From contig NC_068982.1 of assembly GCF_001194135.2 (NCBI RefSeq), positions 74,794,781 through 74,858,780 of the forward strand: a stretch of DNA of 64,000 bases. Reading direction: 5' to 3'. The notes beneath the pieces are model-generated. The model worked only from the letters and a program-made list of their open reading frames with translations. It ran no database searches and was not told where the DNA came from. Both the position numbers and the translations under genes were made by a program. The DNA is from Octopus bimaculoides. Its lineage: Eukaryota. Every line of letters begins with the position of its first letter. Position 1 is the first letter of the stretch. Positions 24,766-36,866 of the stretch are shown here, in pieces.

Positions 24766-25394
24766 AATGGTGATGACAATTCTATCCAATGCTCTAAAGA
24801 CTGCTAATACACTGCCATGGAGCACAAACTAGTTTCGTATTTCTAGCAAACTATTTTACCTGGAGAGTAATATCTGGCTGAGCAGATAAGCCAGTAGACA
24901 ATCATCATCGTCGTCGTCATTGTCGTCAACATCAGCATCATCATCAACAACATTTAATGTCCATTTCCCTTCCTGGCATGGGTTGGACAGCTTGACAGGA
25001 ACTACCGTGGCCAGGGGCTGCACCAGATTCCATTACCTGTTATGGCTTGGTTTCTATGGCTTGATACCCTACCACAGGGTGCTTTTCTATGTGGTACCAT
25101 TACCAGTGCTTATTACATGGCACCATTACCAATGATTTTTCTGTGCACCAGCACCTACATCAATGCTTTTTATGTAGCACCTTAGTCTTAGGGTCTCAAT
25201 TCTGTTGTGGTAGGCAAATCTTGAGTACAACGATAAAGACCAATATCTCAGTCTTCATGTTCCACTACATTCAGAAGTCAAATATTGCCTGAGTAGGCTA
25301 TCCAATCATCCTTCCAGAGTTAATAAAATTCAGTGTAGTGACACCAGTTTAATCCACTTTACCTTCCTACAAAATGTATGACACTGTATTTATA

Positions 25395-26206
25395 GATGCA
25401 GGACTGGCTGTGTAGTAAGATGCTTGCTTTGCGAGCTGGCAGAATCGTTAGCGCACCAGGCGTAATGCTTAGCGGTATTTCGTCTACCATTACGTTCTGA
25501 GTTCAAATTCCGCCGAGGTTGACTTTGCCTTTCATCCTTTCGGGGTCGATAAATTAAGTACCAGTTATGTACTGGGGTCGATGTAATTGACTTAATCCCT
25601 GTGTCTGTCCTTGTTTGTCCCCTCTATGTTTAGCCCCTTGTGGGCAATAAGAAAATAAAAATAAGATGCTTGCTTTGCACCTATGTGGTTTTATATTCAG
25701 TCCCACTGCATTCTACCTTGGGATAAGTGTCTTTTACTATAGCCTCAGGCAAACCAATGCCTTGTGAGTGAATTTGGTAGACAGAAACTATGTAGAAGGC
25801 GTTGAGCTGGCAGAATTCTTAGCACACTGGGCGAAATGCTTAGCGGTATTTTGTCTGCCACTACGTTCTGAGTTCAAATTCTGCCGAGGTCGACTTTGCC
25901 TTTCATCCTTTCGGGGTCGATTAAATAAGTACCAGTTACGCACTGGGGTCGATATAATCGACTTAATCCGTTTGTCTGTCCTTGTTTGTCCCCTCTGTGT
26001 GTAGCCCCTTGTGGGCAGTAAAGAAATAGGAAACTATGTAGAAGCTTGTGTGGTATGAATAGGCATAGGCATGGATGTGTGGTAAGAAACTTGCTTCCCA
26101 ACCACATGGTTCCAGATTCAGTCTCACTACGTGGCACCTTGGCCTCAGTCTGACCAAAGCCTTGTGAGTGGATTTGGTAGATGGAAACTGAAAGAAGCCC
26201 ATCCTC

Positions 26207-26255
<49 letters not shown>

Positions 26256-26460
26256 CTGTGTGTATATCTGTGTGTCTTTGTGTCTGCATTTGTCCACCAC
26301 TACCACTTGGCAACTGGTGTTGGTCTGTTTATATCCCTGTAACTTAGTGGTTTGGCAAAAGAGACCAGGTTTAAAAACATAACTCCTGGGGTGATTTGTT
26401 TGACTAAAACCCTTCAATCCAGTGCCCCAGCATGGCCTCAATCAAACACCTGAAAAAAGT
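25395..26460 (+). mobile_element. SINE A copy carrying two nested Nin-type SINEs (25395-26070), followed by another SINE A copy (26065-26460)
   Basis: TSDs taagatgcttgctttg (25416, 25662) and gaaactatgtagaag (25784, 26030). Confidence 0.88.
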
Positions 26461-26559
26461 TAAAGATTGAAATAGACATAGACATACTGGTGATAGCATA
26501 CAGATGGCTGAACTTCGTATAGTTTTTTCCAGTACTCTATCCTCCCATTTCAGTTACAT

Positions 26560-26720
26560 AATCATTTGTATAACAACAGATGCACCAAACTGACCATGTA
26601 GCACTTGAAATGCAAGTATTTCTACTCCACTAATCCAAGCAGAATGGTCGACTTACCAAACTAATATTGGGCTCTCAGAGATAAAGGTGAGAATACTAGT
26701 TATTACGGTTACAATTAAAT
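26560..26720 (+). mobile_element. Possible older PLE GIY-YIG remnant
   Basis: TKLI(W)ALRDKGE, read across a frameshift, resembles SKLIWSIKDK at 41360. Confidence 0.4.
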
Positions 26721-27332
26721 AAAATAACTACAAAGAGCTTATGAACCTGTGTTTTGTGTAAAATAAACAAATGAGTTAGTCCAAACCATTTATTATATTG
26801 TGTTTAAGCATCGCAAACATCTTTACTGCAGCATGAACAGTTATCATTGGCAGATCCACATGTTAAAAGAATTGTGTTTGTCTACAACAAATACATGCAA
26901 ACTAATGCAGCTCACTTAAAAATCAATGATAGCCAGCTAGTTATTGATCTTTGTATGTAAAGTATGTGTGTATGTATGTGGTGTGTGAACATGTGTGTAG
27001 GTGGTGGTGTGTGCAGTTGCAAGTGTTTGTGTATATGTGCATTTGTGTGTGTATGTGTGTACATTTGTGTTTGTATGTACATTTATGAGTATTACTGCAT
27101 GTGTGCATACATTAATGAATGTTTCTGCTTATGACGTGGTGTCTGTGCCCTTGCATATGCATGTCAGGTTGCACATAGTGTGTGTATGGCCATTAGTGTG
27201 TCCTTGTGTGAGCAATATGCATGTCAGGTTGCACACAGTTTGTGTGAAGTGTGAGGTATGATGTCTGTGTTCTCTTGTGTGTGGATGACCATGAATGAGT
27301 CCTTGTGCGAGCATATTTATGTCAGACAGCAC

Positions 27333-27387
<55 letters not shown>

Positions 27388-27745
27388 TAAAAAGGGAAAT
27401 TTTATAGCCATGCATAAATTATACAATCTTTCAAACAGTGGTTTGAAGGAATGAAACAATAGAGATTGAATATAAAATTAGCTCCATGTCATTTAAATAA
27501 TTCTTTGTATGGTGTGAAGAGTAGGCTAAACTACAGATTTCACAGACTCCACTACACCATTCTCCACCATACAGCACAATCTTTTATTATGACACCAAAA
27601 CACCAAACTGCAATAAATGTATGTGTGTGTGTGTGGTGGGGCAGTGGTCATGCTATAATGTTACATAAAAGGAAGTTATTTACATAAGCGCGCACACACA
27701 CACCACATACATCATTCTCTCTCTCCCTCTCTATCTATCTATCTT

Positions 27746-27788
<43 letters not shown>

Positions 27789-27940
27789 GTCTGTCTATCT
27801 GACTATCTATATCTATCTATACACACACATACACACACAGAGTTTCTAACCTGTCTAACACTTAACAATTAACATTAAGCATTTGAGCTTTCAACACTAA
27901 CATATGTATATATAATACTGTTAAAAATGTTAGGACAACA

Positions 27941-27972
<32 letters not shown>

Positions 27973-28214
27973 ATTCATCATATTCATCATCATCATATTC
28001 ATCTTTTAATACAGTTAAATAATGTTTGTATATAAACACTATTGTAGCCTCCACTTCCCTCCAATCTCTTCATTATTGTCATCATCCTTCTAAAATAGTA
28101 CATTAGATCCATAACGGATTGTGCTAATCCTGCCTACTCTCATGCCCGTCCCTGCCAATCTCTCCACAATAAACCACTGTAAACTATGAACAACACAATG
28201 AACTACCAGGGGAA

Positions 28215-28500
28215 CCTCTATGTGGTCATTCAATTTGTTAGAAATAACAGCCAAATTTCCCTTAAATAATTCCCCTCTTACCATCTTGAAAAAGACAAGG
28301 ATTCATTGGATTTTGAGTTTCCCCAAAACAGCAGCAAAATTTCCTTAAATCACATCCTACTGACATTCTTGTTAAAAGGAAGCCTTCATTGAACATTGTA
28401 TTCCAAGAAGTAGCAGCCAAATTCCTTTCATATCATACCCTACATATCATCTAGTAAAATAGAAGGGCTCACTGAATTTTGTATTCCTAAATACCTGAAA
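28215..28500 (+). repeat. Three diverged ~105-bp tandem units of the gaaatagcagccaaat-tccc interspersed repeat (also at about 14700, 37260 in reverse, and 43270)
   Basis: The motif (a/g)cagc(c/a)aaatt.cct recurs at about 28237, 28330 and 28412. Confidence 0.6.
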
Positions 28501-29898
28501 AAGACAGGATAGTCCTTACTTAAATGCTTGTAATCATAGGTCTCTTCGATCAGAGTTAAACTAGATGATAAACAACAGAAACAAAGAACAAAAAGCTATG
28601 CACTTCAAATCGTTACTGGTAATGCATGCAGGGCACATGCATAGAACACCTGCACAATGAACCAAAAATATTGAAAATAAAAGATTGTTTGAACATACAG
28701 CCTACACCATTTGTTAATTCGGCAATCCCCAACACTCACAGCTTCTGTGTGTGCAATCACATCTCCATCCTAAGACATGACCTTTCCCATTCAATTCATT
28801 ATCATCTGAACATCCACATTTCTATGCTTGTGTGGGTTCAACAAAATTTAAGGAATATTTTCTTCCATAGCCAGAAGCCTTTCCTGTTCTCAACATTCAC
28901 CTGTTTCAAAACATGGTGATATTCCCTTCCCAAATTCAAAATGGACAGGCTTCTAATGAAAATTTGTTCAAATATACACACAAGAGTAAAGTTCCTCTTT
29001 TCAGTGGACATGGGTCAGTTGTTGTTTAACTGCAGATCTAATGGAACAGATCAATGACCAAAAGTATTCCAGCTAGACCCATCACCAGACTTTGGTACCT
29101 GAGGATGCTTCAGAATATTTTGGGTGGGCTTCTTTCAGTTTCAACCAAATCCAGTAGCAAAGCATTGGTTACCCTGGGGCAATAGTAGAAGACACTTGCC
29201 TAAGTTGCCATGCAGTGGAGCTAAACCTAAAACCATGTGGTTGGGAAATAATTTCTAAATCACACAGCTAGACCTATGTAGATATGATGATGATGATGAT
29301 GATTACATCTATGTAACTTAATTAGCACTGTTCTTCAGAAATGGCTAAATAACTACCCCAACTCCACCCGTTTCAACTTACCTGTAACACCTGTCTATTT
29401 GCTTCTCCTTACCTCCACCAACACTTTGGATTATATCTACTAACTCTATACAATACTTCACTCTATTCTCTTATAACACTAATCATCAATTTTTCCAAAT
29501 TCAACATTAAATACAGCCATTTTAATTCTGAACTTCCATCTCCCCTGATCCCAAAGACTCCTAACCACAGCAATAGGAAATTAATTCTACATTGGATGCA
29601 ACAACATAATCAAAAAAACATAACCAATATTAAGTGGAGCAGTTCATTCTTTTAGCTAGAAAACCATCTTGATTTCCACAAAATAACAACCAACAAGCTA
29701 TTTAAATTGAATACAGTCACACATGACTGCACTTTGCACAAATAACATTAGCCTTAAAATTGATTCACATCATTTAACATTCAGAATAAATGAATAGAAA
29801 GAAATAAAACTCAGAATATACACAATTACTACTAACCCACATCACCACCATCATCATTTTTCATATCTGTATTTATGTAAAATTTTCCATATATGCCA

Positions 29899-29936
<38 letters not shown>

Positions 29937-30017
29937 TGCACGCATGTATGCATACACACATGTGTGCACGCGCATATACACACACAGATACAAATGTATG
30001 TGTGTATATATATATAT

Positions 30018-32480
30018 ATCATCATCATAATCATTTAACGTCCGTTGTCCATGCTGGCATGGGTTGGATGGTTTAACCAGGGCTGGCAAGCTGGAAGGCT
30101 GCACCAGACTCCAGTCTGATTTGGCATGGCTTCTACAGCTGGATGCCCTTCCTAACGTCAACCACTCCAAGAATGTAATGGGTGCTTTCACATGACACCA
30201 GTATCTGCCATGACTGCAATTTTGCTCAGCTAGATAGGCCTTCTTCTCAAGCACAATATAATGCCAAAAGTCTCAGTCATTAGCTCCGTGAGGCCAACAC
30301 TCAAAAGGAACTCAGCCACTTCACCTCCATGCTCTTTACATGCCACCAGCATGGTTGCCAAGTACATGATACAAGCATCAGACACAACTATGATTTCACT
30401 TGGCTTGATGGGTCAGTATATCGCCAAAGGTCTCAGTCACTGGTCATTGCCTCTATGAGGCTCCGAAGATCATGCTTCACCACCTTGTCCCATATTTTCC
30501 TGGGTCTACCTCTACCACACGTTCCCTCCACAGTTAGAGATCAGTACTTTTGAGGACTAATCCTTGGTGAACCCCTACTTTTACCCTGAATTCTTTGCTG
30601 TACTCATTGCCCACCAGCCTTATTGGTAGCATCCCTGTACAAGGCTTGTACAGCTCTCACTAACCACTCATCTATCCTTAGTTTTGGCATTGACCACCAG
30701 ATAAGGGAATGGGGAATCCTGTCAAAGGCTTTCTCCAAGTCAACAAAAACCAAGTACAGAGGTTTATCTTTGGCTAGGTATTTCTCCTGCAACTGTCTTA
30801 CCAAAAATATTGCATCAGTGGAGCTTCTACCTGGCACAAAACCAAACTGCATCTCATCTAGACTAACTCTCTCCCTAATTAATTGGGCTTTGACTCTCTC
30901 TGTAACTTTCATTACCTGATCCAACAATTTGATACTTCTGTAATTATTTCTAAGCCATTACCTTTACCTTTGTAGCAGTTGACTATGGTTCTGCTACACC
31001 AGTTATTGTGTATGACTCCTTCATGAACCACCTGATTTATAATACAGATGACTAGACCATAACACACAACACCAGATATTTTAAGCATCTCAGCCATGAT
31101 TCCTGATGGGCTGGGGGCTTCCCTTGTATTCATATCCTTAATTGCTTTATCTACCAGGGTACTGTTGATTTTGGTAGCTGGTCCCTCAATTAAGTCAACA
31201 TTTGGCAGAATCTCCTCCCTCCATTCATTCTCCACATTCAGTAGTCTTTCATAATGGCATCTCCAAGCCTCTTTCTTTACAGAATCATTAAAAGCAAGTG
31301 CACCATAATCCATGTAGACACATTTCTTTTCTATAACATCACAATTTCTCTTATACACTGTCTTGCAATCCAAAATATTCCAGTGCTTTGGCCCTCACAT
31401 TACTGAACATAGGCAAACTTCTTCTTTTCTACTTCTCCCTTGGCTAGATATACCTGTCTCCCAGCTTCCCTTCTGGCTATCTGATACAGTTCCCTGCTTC
31501 CCCACTCTTCCAGGCCTTCCAGGCCTGTTTCTTTGCTCTAATGGCCCTGTCTACAGTATTGTTCCCACACCACATTACCCTAGGTCTGGAGGGGACTTTG
31601 CACCAGCCACAGATTTGGTCTGTAGCACTCAGCAAGCTGTCTCTCAGGAATTCCCAGTTGTCCTCTATGTCACAAGTTTGTAGCTCCTCCTCCCTCTCAT
31701 CAAATTTCTCAATTAGGATGTCCCTAAATCTCTGACTAAATGATGGGCCCTTAAGCTTCCAAATCCTTCTTTTCCAGATTGGTCTGCTTTTTGGCATCCT
31801 TCTGGCCTGGAGTCTAAAGTCGCTACTGACTAGTCTATGCTGGGGGGGAATACATTCTTTACCAGGGAGGATCTATATATTTAAGAGCAACTATACATCT
31901 CACTGTCTAGTGAGAATGAAATCGATCTGGCTAGCACAGTCACCTGATTGATAGGTTGTCAGCTGGCTGGCTGGCTCCCTGAAGTTGGTGTTGCAGATCA
32001 ATAGGTTATTTGCATCAAAGAACTCCAGTAGTCTTGTTCCCTATTCGTTTCAGGAACCAATTTTATGGACCCCATGTACACCATGGAAGATACCGACATG
32101 CCCATTGAAATCCTCAGCTTGTGGGGCATAGGTAGAGATAATTGTAGCTATACTATTCTGAAAGACTAGCCTGAGCTTAAGCACTCTATCGCACACTCTG
32201 ACTACCTCTATGACCTTATCCACCCATTTCTCTGCAAGAAGTATGCCCACACCACCTACTCCATCACTGTTACCTTCCCAGAAAATTTTAAGCCTATGTG
32301 TCTTGCCAGTGAGGAATCTGGCTGAAGCTCCTCTCCACCTTACCTCTTGGATGCAGCATACTTCCATTCAAACATCTCAACAATCTTGCTATACCTACAT
32401 TTCAATGTGCCTACATTGATAGTGCCAACTCTAAAAACTGGCAAAGGGACATGGGAGGGAACACGGGAAGGAGAGATGTT
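30018..32480 (-). mobile_element. Largest RTE LINE copy: APE endonuclease plus part of RT and the (GAT)n-tailed 3' end, internally deleted
   Basis: GTINVGTLK and VCCIQEVRWRGASAR (APE); MQFGFVPGRSSTDAIFLVRQLQEKYLAK...FVDLEKAFDR (RT); 3' tail at 30018-30200. Confidence 0.95.
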
Positions 32481-32544
32481 ATTCAGTACCTGAAAAGAAG
32501 GTTTATATATAAATATATATATATGCACACATGTATGTGTATGT

Positions 32545-32935
32545 ATATTATGCCAGTGGCTCGTAAAAAGCACCATCCGAATGTGGCCAATGCCAGTACC
32601 CCATGACTGGCTCCAGTGCTGGTGGCACATAAAAAGCACCATCTGAACGTGACCAATGCCACTCCCGCCTGACTGGCCCCCATGCTGGTGGCACATAAAA
32701 TGCACTATCTAAACGTGATTGATGCCAGGCCTGCCTGACTGGCTCCTGTGCCAGTAGCATGTAAAAAGCACCCACTACACATTCAGAGTAACTGGTGTTA
32801 AGAAGGGCATCCAGCTGTAAAACATTACCAGATCAGACTGGAGCCTGGTGCAGCCACTGGCTATCCAGACCTCAGTCAAACCATCCAACCCGGGCCAGCA
32901 TGGAAAACGGATATTAAACGATGCTGCTGCTGCTG
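32545..32935 (+). mobile_element. RTE 3' UTR tail with about four tandem ~60-bp ctggctcc.gtgc.ggtggcacataaaaagcacc repeats
   Basis: Repeat units visible at 32555-32775; tail ggatattaaacgatgctgctg. Confidence 0.75.
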
Positions 32936-32936
32936 A

Positions 32937-32981
<45 letters not shown>

Positions 32982-33295
32982 TACATGCATATGTACGTAC
33001 ATACCTACATACATACACATGTATATGTATTTATAAATATACACACACATATGTATGTGTTTAATATACAGGCACACACATTTGTACATGTAATCTAAAA
33101 GTGTGCTGAAAGGCACATGTTACTAAAAACGTCTTGGTTCAGTAAACGTCTCCACACTGTTATACTTCACAATAACCTTCATAGCTCAGCATTTTGTATA
33201 CATAAATATACGTGTGTACTATGTGTTTATATACAATGTATATACTACATATATATAGTGCAGGTATATAGTGTACATATGTCTGTAATACACAT

Positions 33296-33351
<56 letters not shown>

Positions 33352-33429
33352 TAAATAGATAGACAGACAGACAGACAGACATCTAGATAGATAGATAGGT
33401 ATAGATATAATATAATACTGCTGGCCCAC

Positions 33430-33870
33430 TTGTCAGATATGACCCTTTCTTGTACAAACCTGATTAACTGTAGAGGTGACTACTCTACCAGATATTTTAA
33501 GCAAATCAGTGATGATTACTGATGGACCAGGGATGTTCTCAGCCTTTGCACCTTTTATTGCTTTAGCTATCATATTGTTCTCAACTAGGATACCTGGTCC
33601 CTCTATAGGGTCTACATTGGAACGGCACATTTAGTAACCTTTCAAAGTACCACTTTTATGCCTCTTTCTTTCCAGAAACATTAAGAGCAAGTGAACTATT
33701 ATCCATCCACACACATTTCTTATCTACAACATCTTGATTCTCCAACAGTTGTCTTTCTTATAAGAGAGCATCCTTTGTACTTCTTCCACGTACAAAACCA
33801 AACTACATCTCATCTAGATTAGCTCTCTTCCTGATCTGATTAATTGGGCTATTACTCTTTCCCTAAGTTC
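33430..33870 (-). mobile_element. RTE LINE internal fragments
   Basis: ORF 33433..33630 (DPIEGPGI...IAKAIKG) and ctagatgagatgtagtttggtttt, homologous to the other RTE copies. Confidence 0.7.
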
Positions 33871-33954
33871 TAGTATTCAGATACATTCTCTTGCAATTGG
33901 AACACTTCATGCCTCTGATCCTCTCACTATAGAACATCAGCAAAATTCTTACTT

Positions 33955-34290
33955 TCAACAAGGGTTGACTGAAAATTTCATAGGCTGACCAAGACACACT
34001 CATGGAATGTGGTCAAATGAGATTTATTTTTCAACATAGTCTCCCTTGCAGTCCACACACTTCTTCCATCAGTGTTACAGAGCTTGGATCCCACTGGTGA
34101 AGAAGCTTTCATCTTGTTGGTCAAAAACATCATGAGCTGCAGATATGTCGTCATCATCACTGCGATACTTTTTCCCAGCAAAGTGTTTTTTCATGTTGGG
34201 GAACACATAGTAATCAGATGGAGCCAAATCAGGAGAATAGGGAGACTGACCAACCAGTTCAAAACCACAGCCATGCACAACTGCCATTGA
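33955..34290 (-). mobile_element. Mariner 3' fragment
   Basis: QSPYSPDLAPSDYYVFPNMKK...WKKCVDCKGDYVEK*, followed by a TIR-like end near 33960-33990. Confidence 0.88.
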
Positions 34291-34680
34291 AACCATATAA
34301 CGTCCATTTTCTATGCTAGCATAGGTTGGACAGTTTGCCCAGAGCTGGTAAGCCAGACCAGGGTCCAGGCTGAGGTGTCTTGGTTTCTACAGCTTCATGC
34401 CTTTCCTAATGCCAACCACTTTACAGAATGTGCTGGGTGCTTTTTATGTGGCACCAGTATGGGGATCTCTTCAGATTGGAGGGGAGCATTAACAGTTCTG
34501 CTGTGGTACACAGGTAATTTTTAGAACGGCAAAGCACACCAGATATCACAGTCCTTTGTCATCTCCTTCATAAAGCTCAGTGTCCTGAGATAAGCTTTCA
34601 GTACTTCATCCCATGTCTTCTTAGTTCTCCTTCTCCTACAAGTTCCATTCACTTTAAGTGATCGGCACTTCTTTAAAGCA
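34290..34680 (-). mobile_element. RTE LINE 3' end (minus)
   Basis: aacgtccattttctatgctagcat tail followed by the reverse complement of the C-terminal RKTWDEVLK region. Confidence 0.75.
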
Positions 34681-34690
34681 ATATATATGT

Positions 34691-35025
34691 ATTTAGATAA
34701 TGTTAGTTATTGCTGGTTCATAGGGTTACCCAGGGTTTCTTAGCTTTATACATGTCTCATCTGATCCTAATGGCTAGTGGTCTATAACCTCTCATCAAAT
34801 TGGGAGGAGAAAAGGCCTAGTAACTAGTTTTTGAACACACAAACAAAGAATTTCGCATCAGTGTGATCAAAAACTAGTCACGAGACCTTTTCTCCCTCCA
34901 ATTTGAAGAGAAGTTATTGGCCACTGGCCATTAGGGTCTGACAGGACATATGTGAAGCTAAGCACTTTATGGACATGAAAGCCTGAGTAGCCCTATGAAC
35001 TAGCCATAACTAACATTATCTAAAT
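34691..35025. repeat. Imperfect fold-back / MITE
   Basis: Arms of about 150 bp, from atttagataatgttagtta to taactaacattatctaaat. Confidence 0.85.
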
Positions 35026-35099
35026 GCTCTACTACTCTATAACTTAAAGTATGCTTCTCTTTCTGATTTATGGTTTACTGACAATGTGTGTGTGTGTGC

Positions 35100-35710
35100 A
35101 TGCACAACAGAGTGTAAATGATTAAAGAGGGAAACTGGGTGTAAGAGACATCAGATGTTGTTTGCAAGAGAGAAGACTGTGCTGGTTTGGTCATGTGATG
35201 CATATGGATGAGGACAGCTGTGTAAAGAAGTGTTGATCTCCAAGGGCACCTGAAGAAAGAGTAGGCCCAAGAAAACATGGGACAAAGTGGTAAGAAAAGA
35301 TCTTCAGACACAGGGCTTCACTGAGGAACAACAAGGGACTGGGACATGATTTGCTGTACTTGATAAGATACATCAAGCTAAGTAAAATCACTGTATTCCA
35401 TGCATTCAGGCTTGTCCTTTCAGATGCTGGTACCACTTAAAAGCACTCATGCCAGTGCAGCATTAGCACACCTGCACCGGTATTGTGTAACACACCCATG
35501 CCGGTGGCACATAAAAGCACCCAGCACACTCTGTTAAATGGTTGGCATTAGGAAGGGCATCCAGCCACAGAAACCATGCTCCCTGCTAGCCAGCTCCATT
35601 GACAGCTTTCTACTAGCTAGCTCCACGTCAAACTGTCCAACCCATGCCAGTAGGAAAGTGAAAGCAGACGTTAAATGATGAGGATGATGATGATGAATAT
35701 GATGATGACA
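35100..35710 (+). mobile_element. RTE LINE 3' end (plus)
   Basis: WFGHVMHMDEDSCVKKC...; 3' UTR repeats and a gatgatgatg tail. Confidence 0.8.
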
Positions 35711-36419
35711 CACATATGCTCATGAGCATGTATGTGTTCATTTTTATACTTAGTTTCATTACTTTATAAACGTGGGTGAAAATGGATTTGTTTCCCCTAC
35801 CCCACCCAGAACACTGCTCGTGGGTCTTTTAACTTAACATCTCTCTTCCAGATCGTCTCTCCAGTCTGTGGCAGTTGACCCTCGACCCACTTATAACCAC
35901 AATGAATGTTTGAGTGACCAAATTAATTACGTCATTTCTGTCACTTCTACTCCTACTCTTCTTTATCTCTTCCTTTTCCCCTCTCTTTTTTTCTAATGTT
36001 CACATCAATTCTTTTCTTCCTATTACCCTACTATTATTCATCCCCCACTTTTTTAAAATATATTATCGATCCCTTTACTAGCCTGTCTCTAATTGTACTC
36101 TTGTTAACGATGAAACAAACCCTTCCTTCTTTTCCTTTATATGAGAACTAATTAAGAACCAACTAAACAGATTCGCTTTCTTTTCCCTACTCTAGCTTCT
36201 TTTTCTGACAAATAATAAAAACAACCTAAATTTCACAATGTGAACGAGAAGGGCTGTCATTATATCTCTACTCCCATCTATACATTTGATAGATTATTAT
36301 TATTATTGTTGTTGTTGTTGTTATTTCCAAGACATTGCTATCCTTTTATTAACTTTGAATTCATCCTGTGTATAGCCTCTTAATTATACATTTCATCTCT
36401 TTTTATGCATTTTTACTCT

Positions 36420-36831
36420 TTTGTGTGCGCGCGTGTGTGTGTGTGTGTGTGTGTGTGTCGTCTCCTCCTCGCCACCACCACCACCAATCTTTTCTTACGG
36501 CAGCTTCCTCACCCTTATTCTTTTCCAAAGCCACCGTTCAAATATTTGTTAACATTCTCTCTCGATATTTAATTCCGTCCCACGAAGAATCAATAAACTC
36601 AACGCAGAAATTATACACACACTTAACACACAATATGATATATATACATATATAGTGAGTGTGTGTGTGTGTGTGTAAACACGTGTAGACCTATATATGT
36701 ACACACATTGATTCAATAGACGTAAACACACGATCATCAATTTAATGGATGTAAACATTTATATGCACACACACACATTAACTAAATAGATGTAAACACA
36801 TACACGTTTACTGCGAGTGCGCGCGTATGTA

Positions 36832-36866
<35 letters not shown>

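Noticed and set aside
32548-32775. Regularly spaced ~60-bp repeats that superficially resemble a CRISPR array
   Set aside because: The whole unit repeats (no unique spacers), it is part of the RTE 3' UTR, and the genome is eukaryotic with no cas genes.
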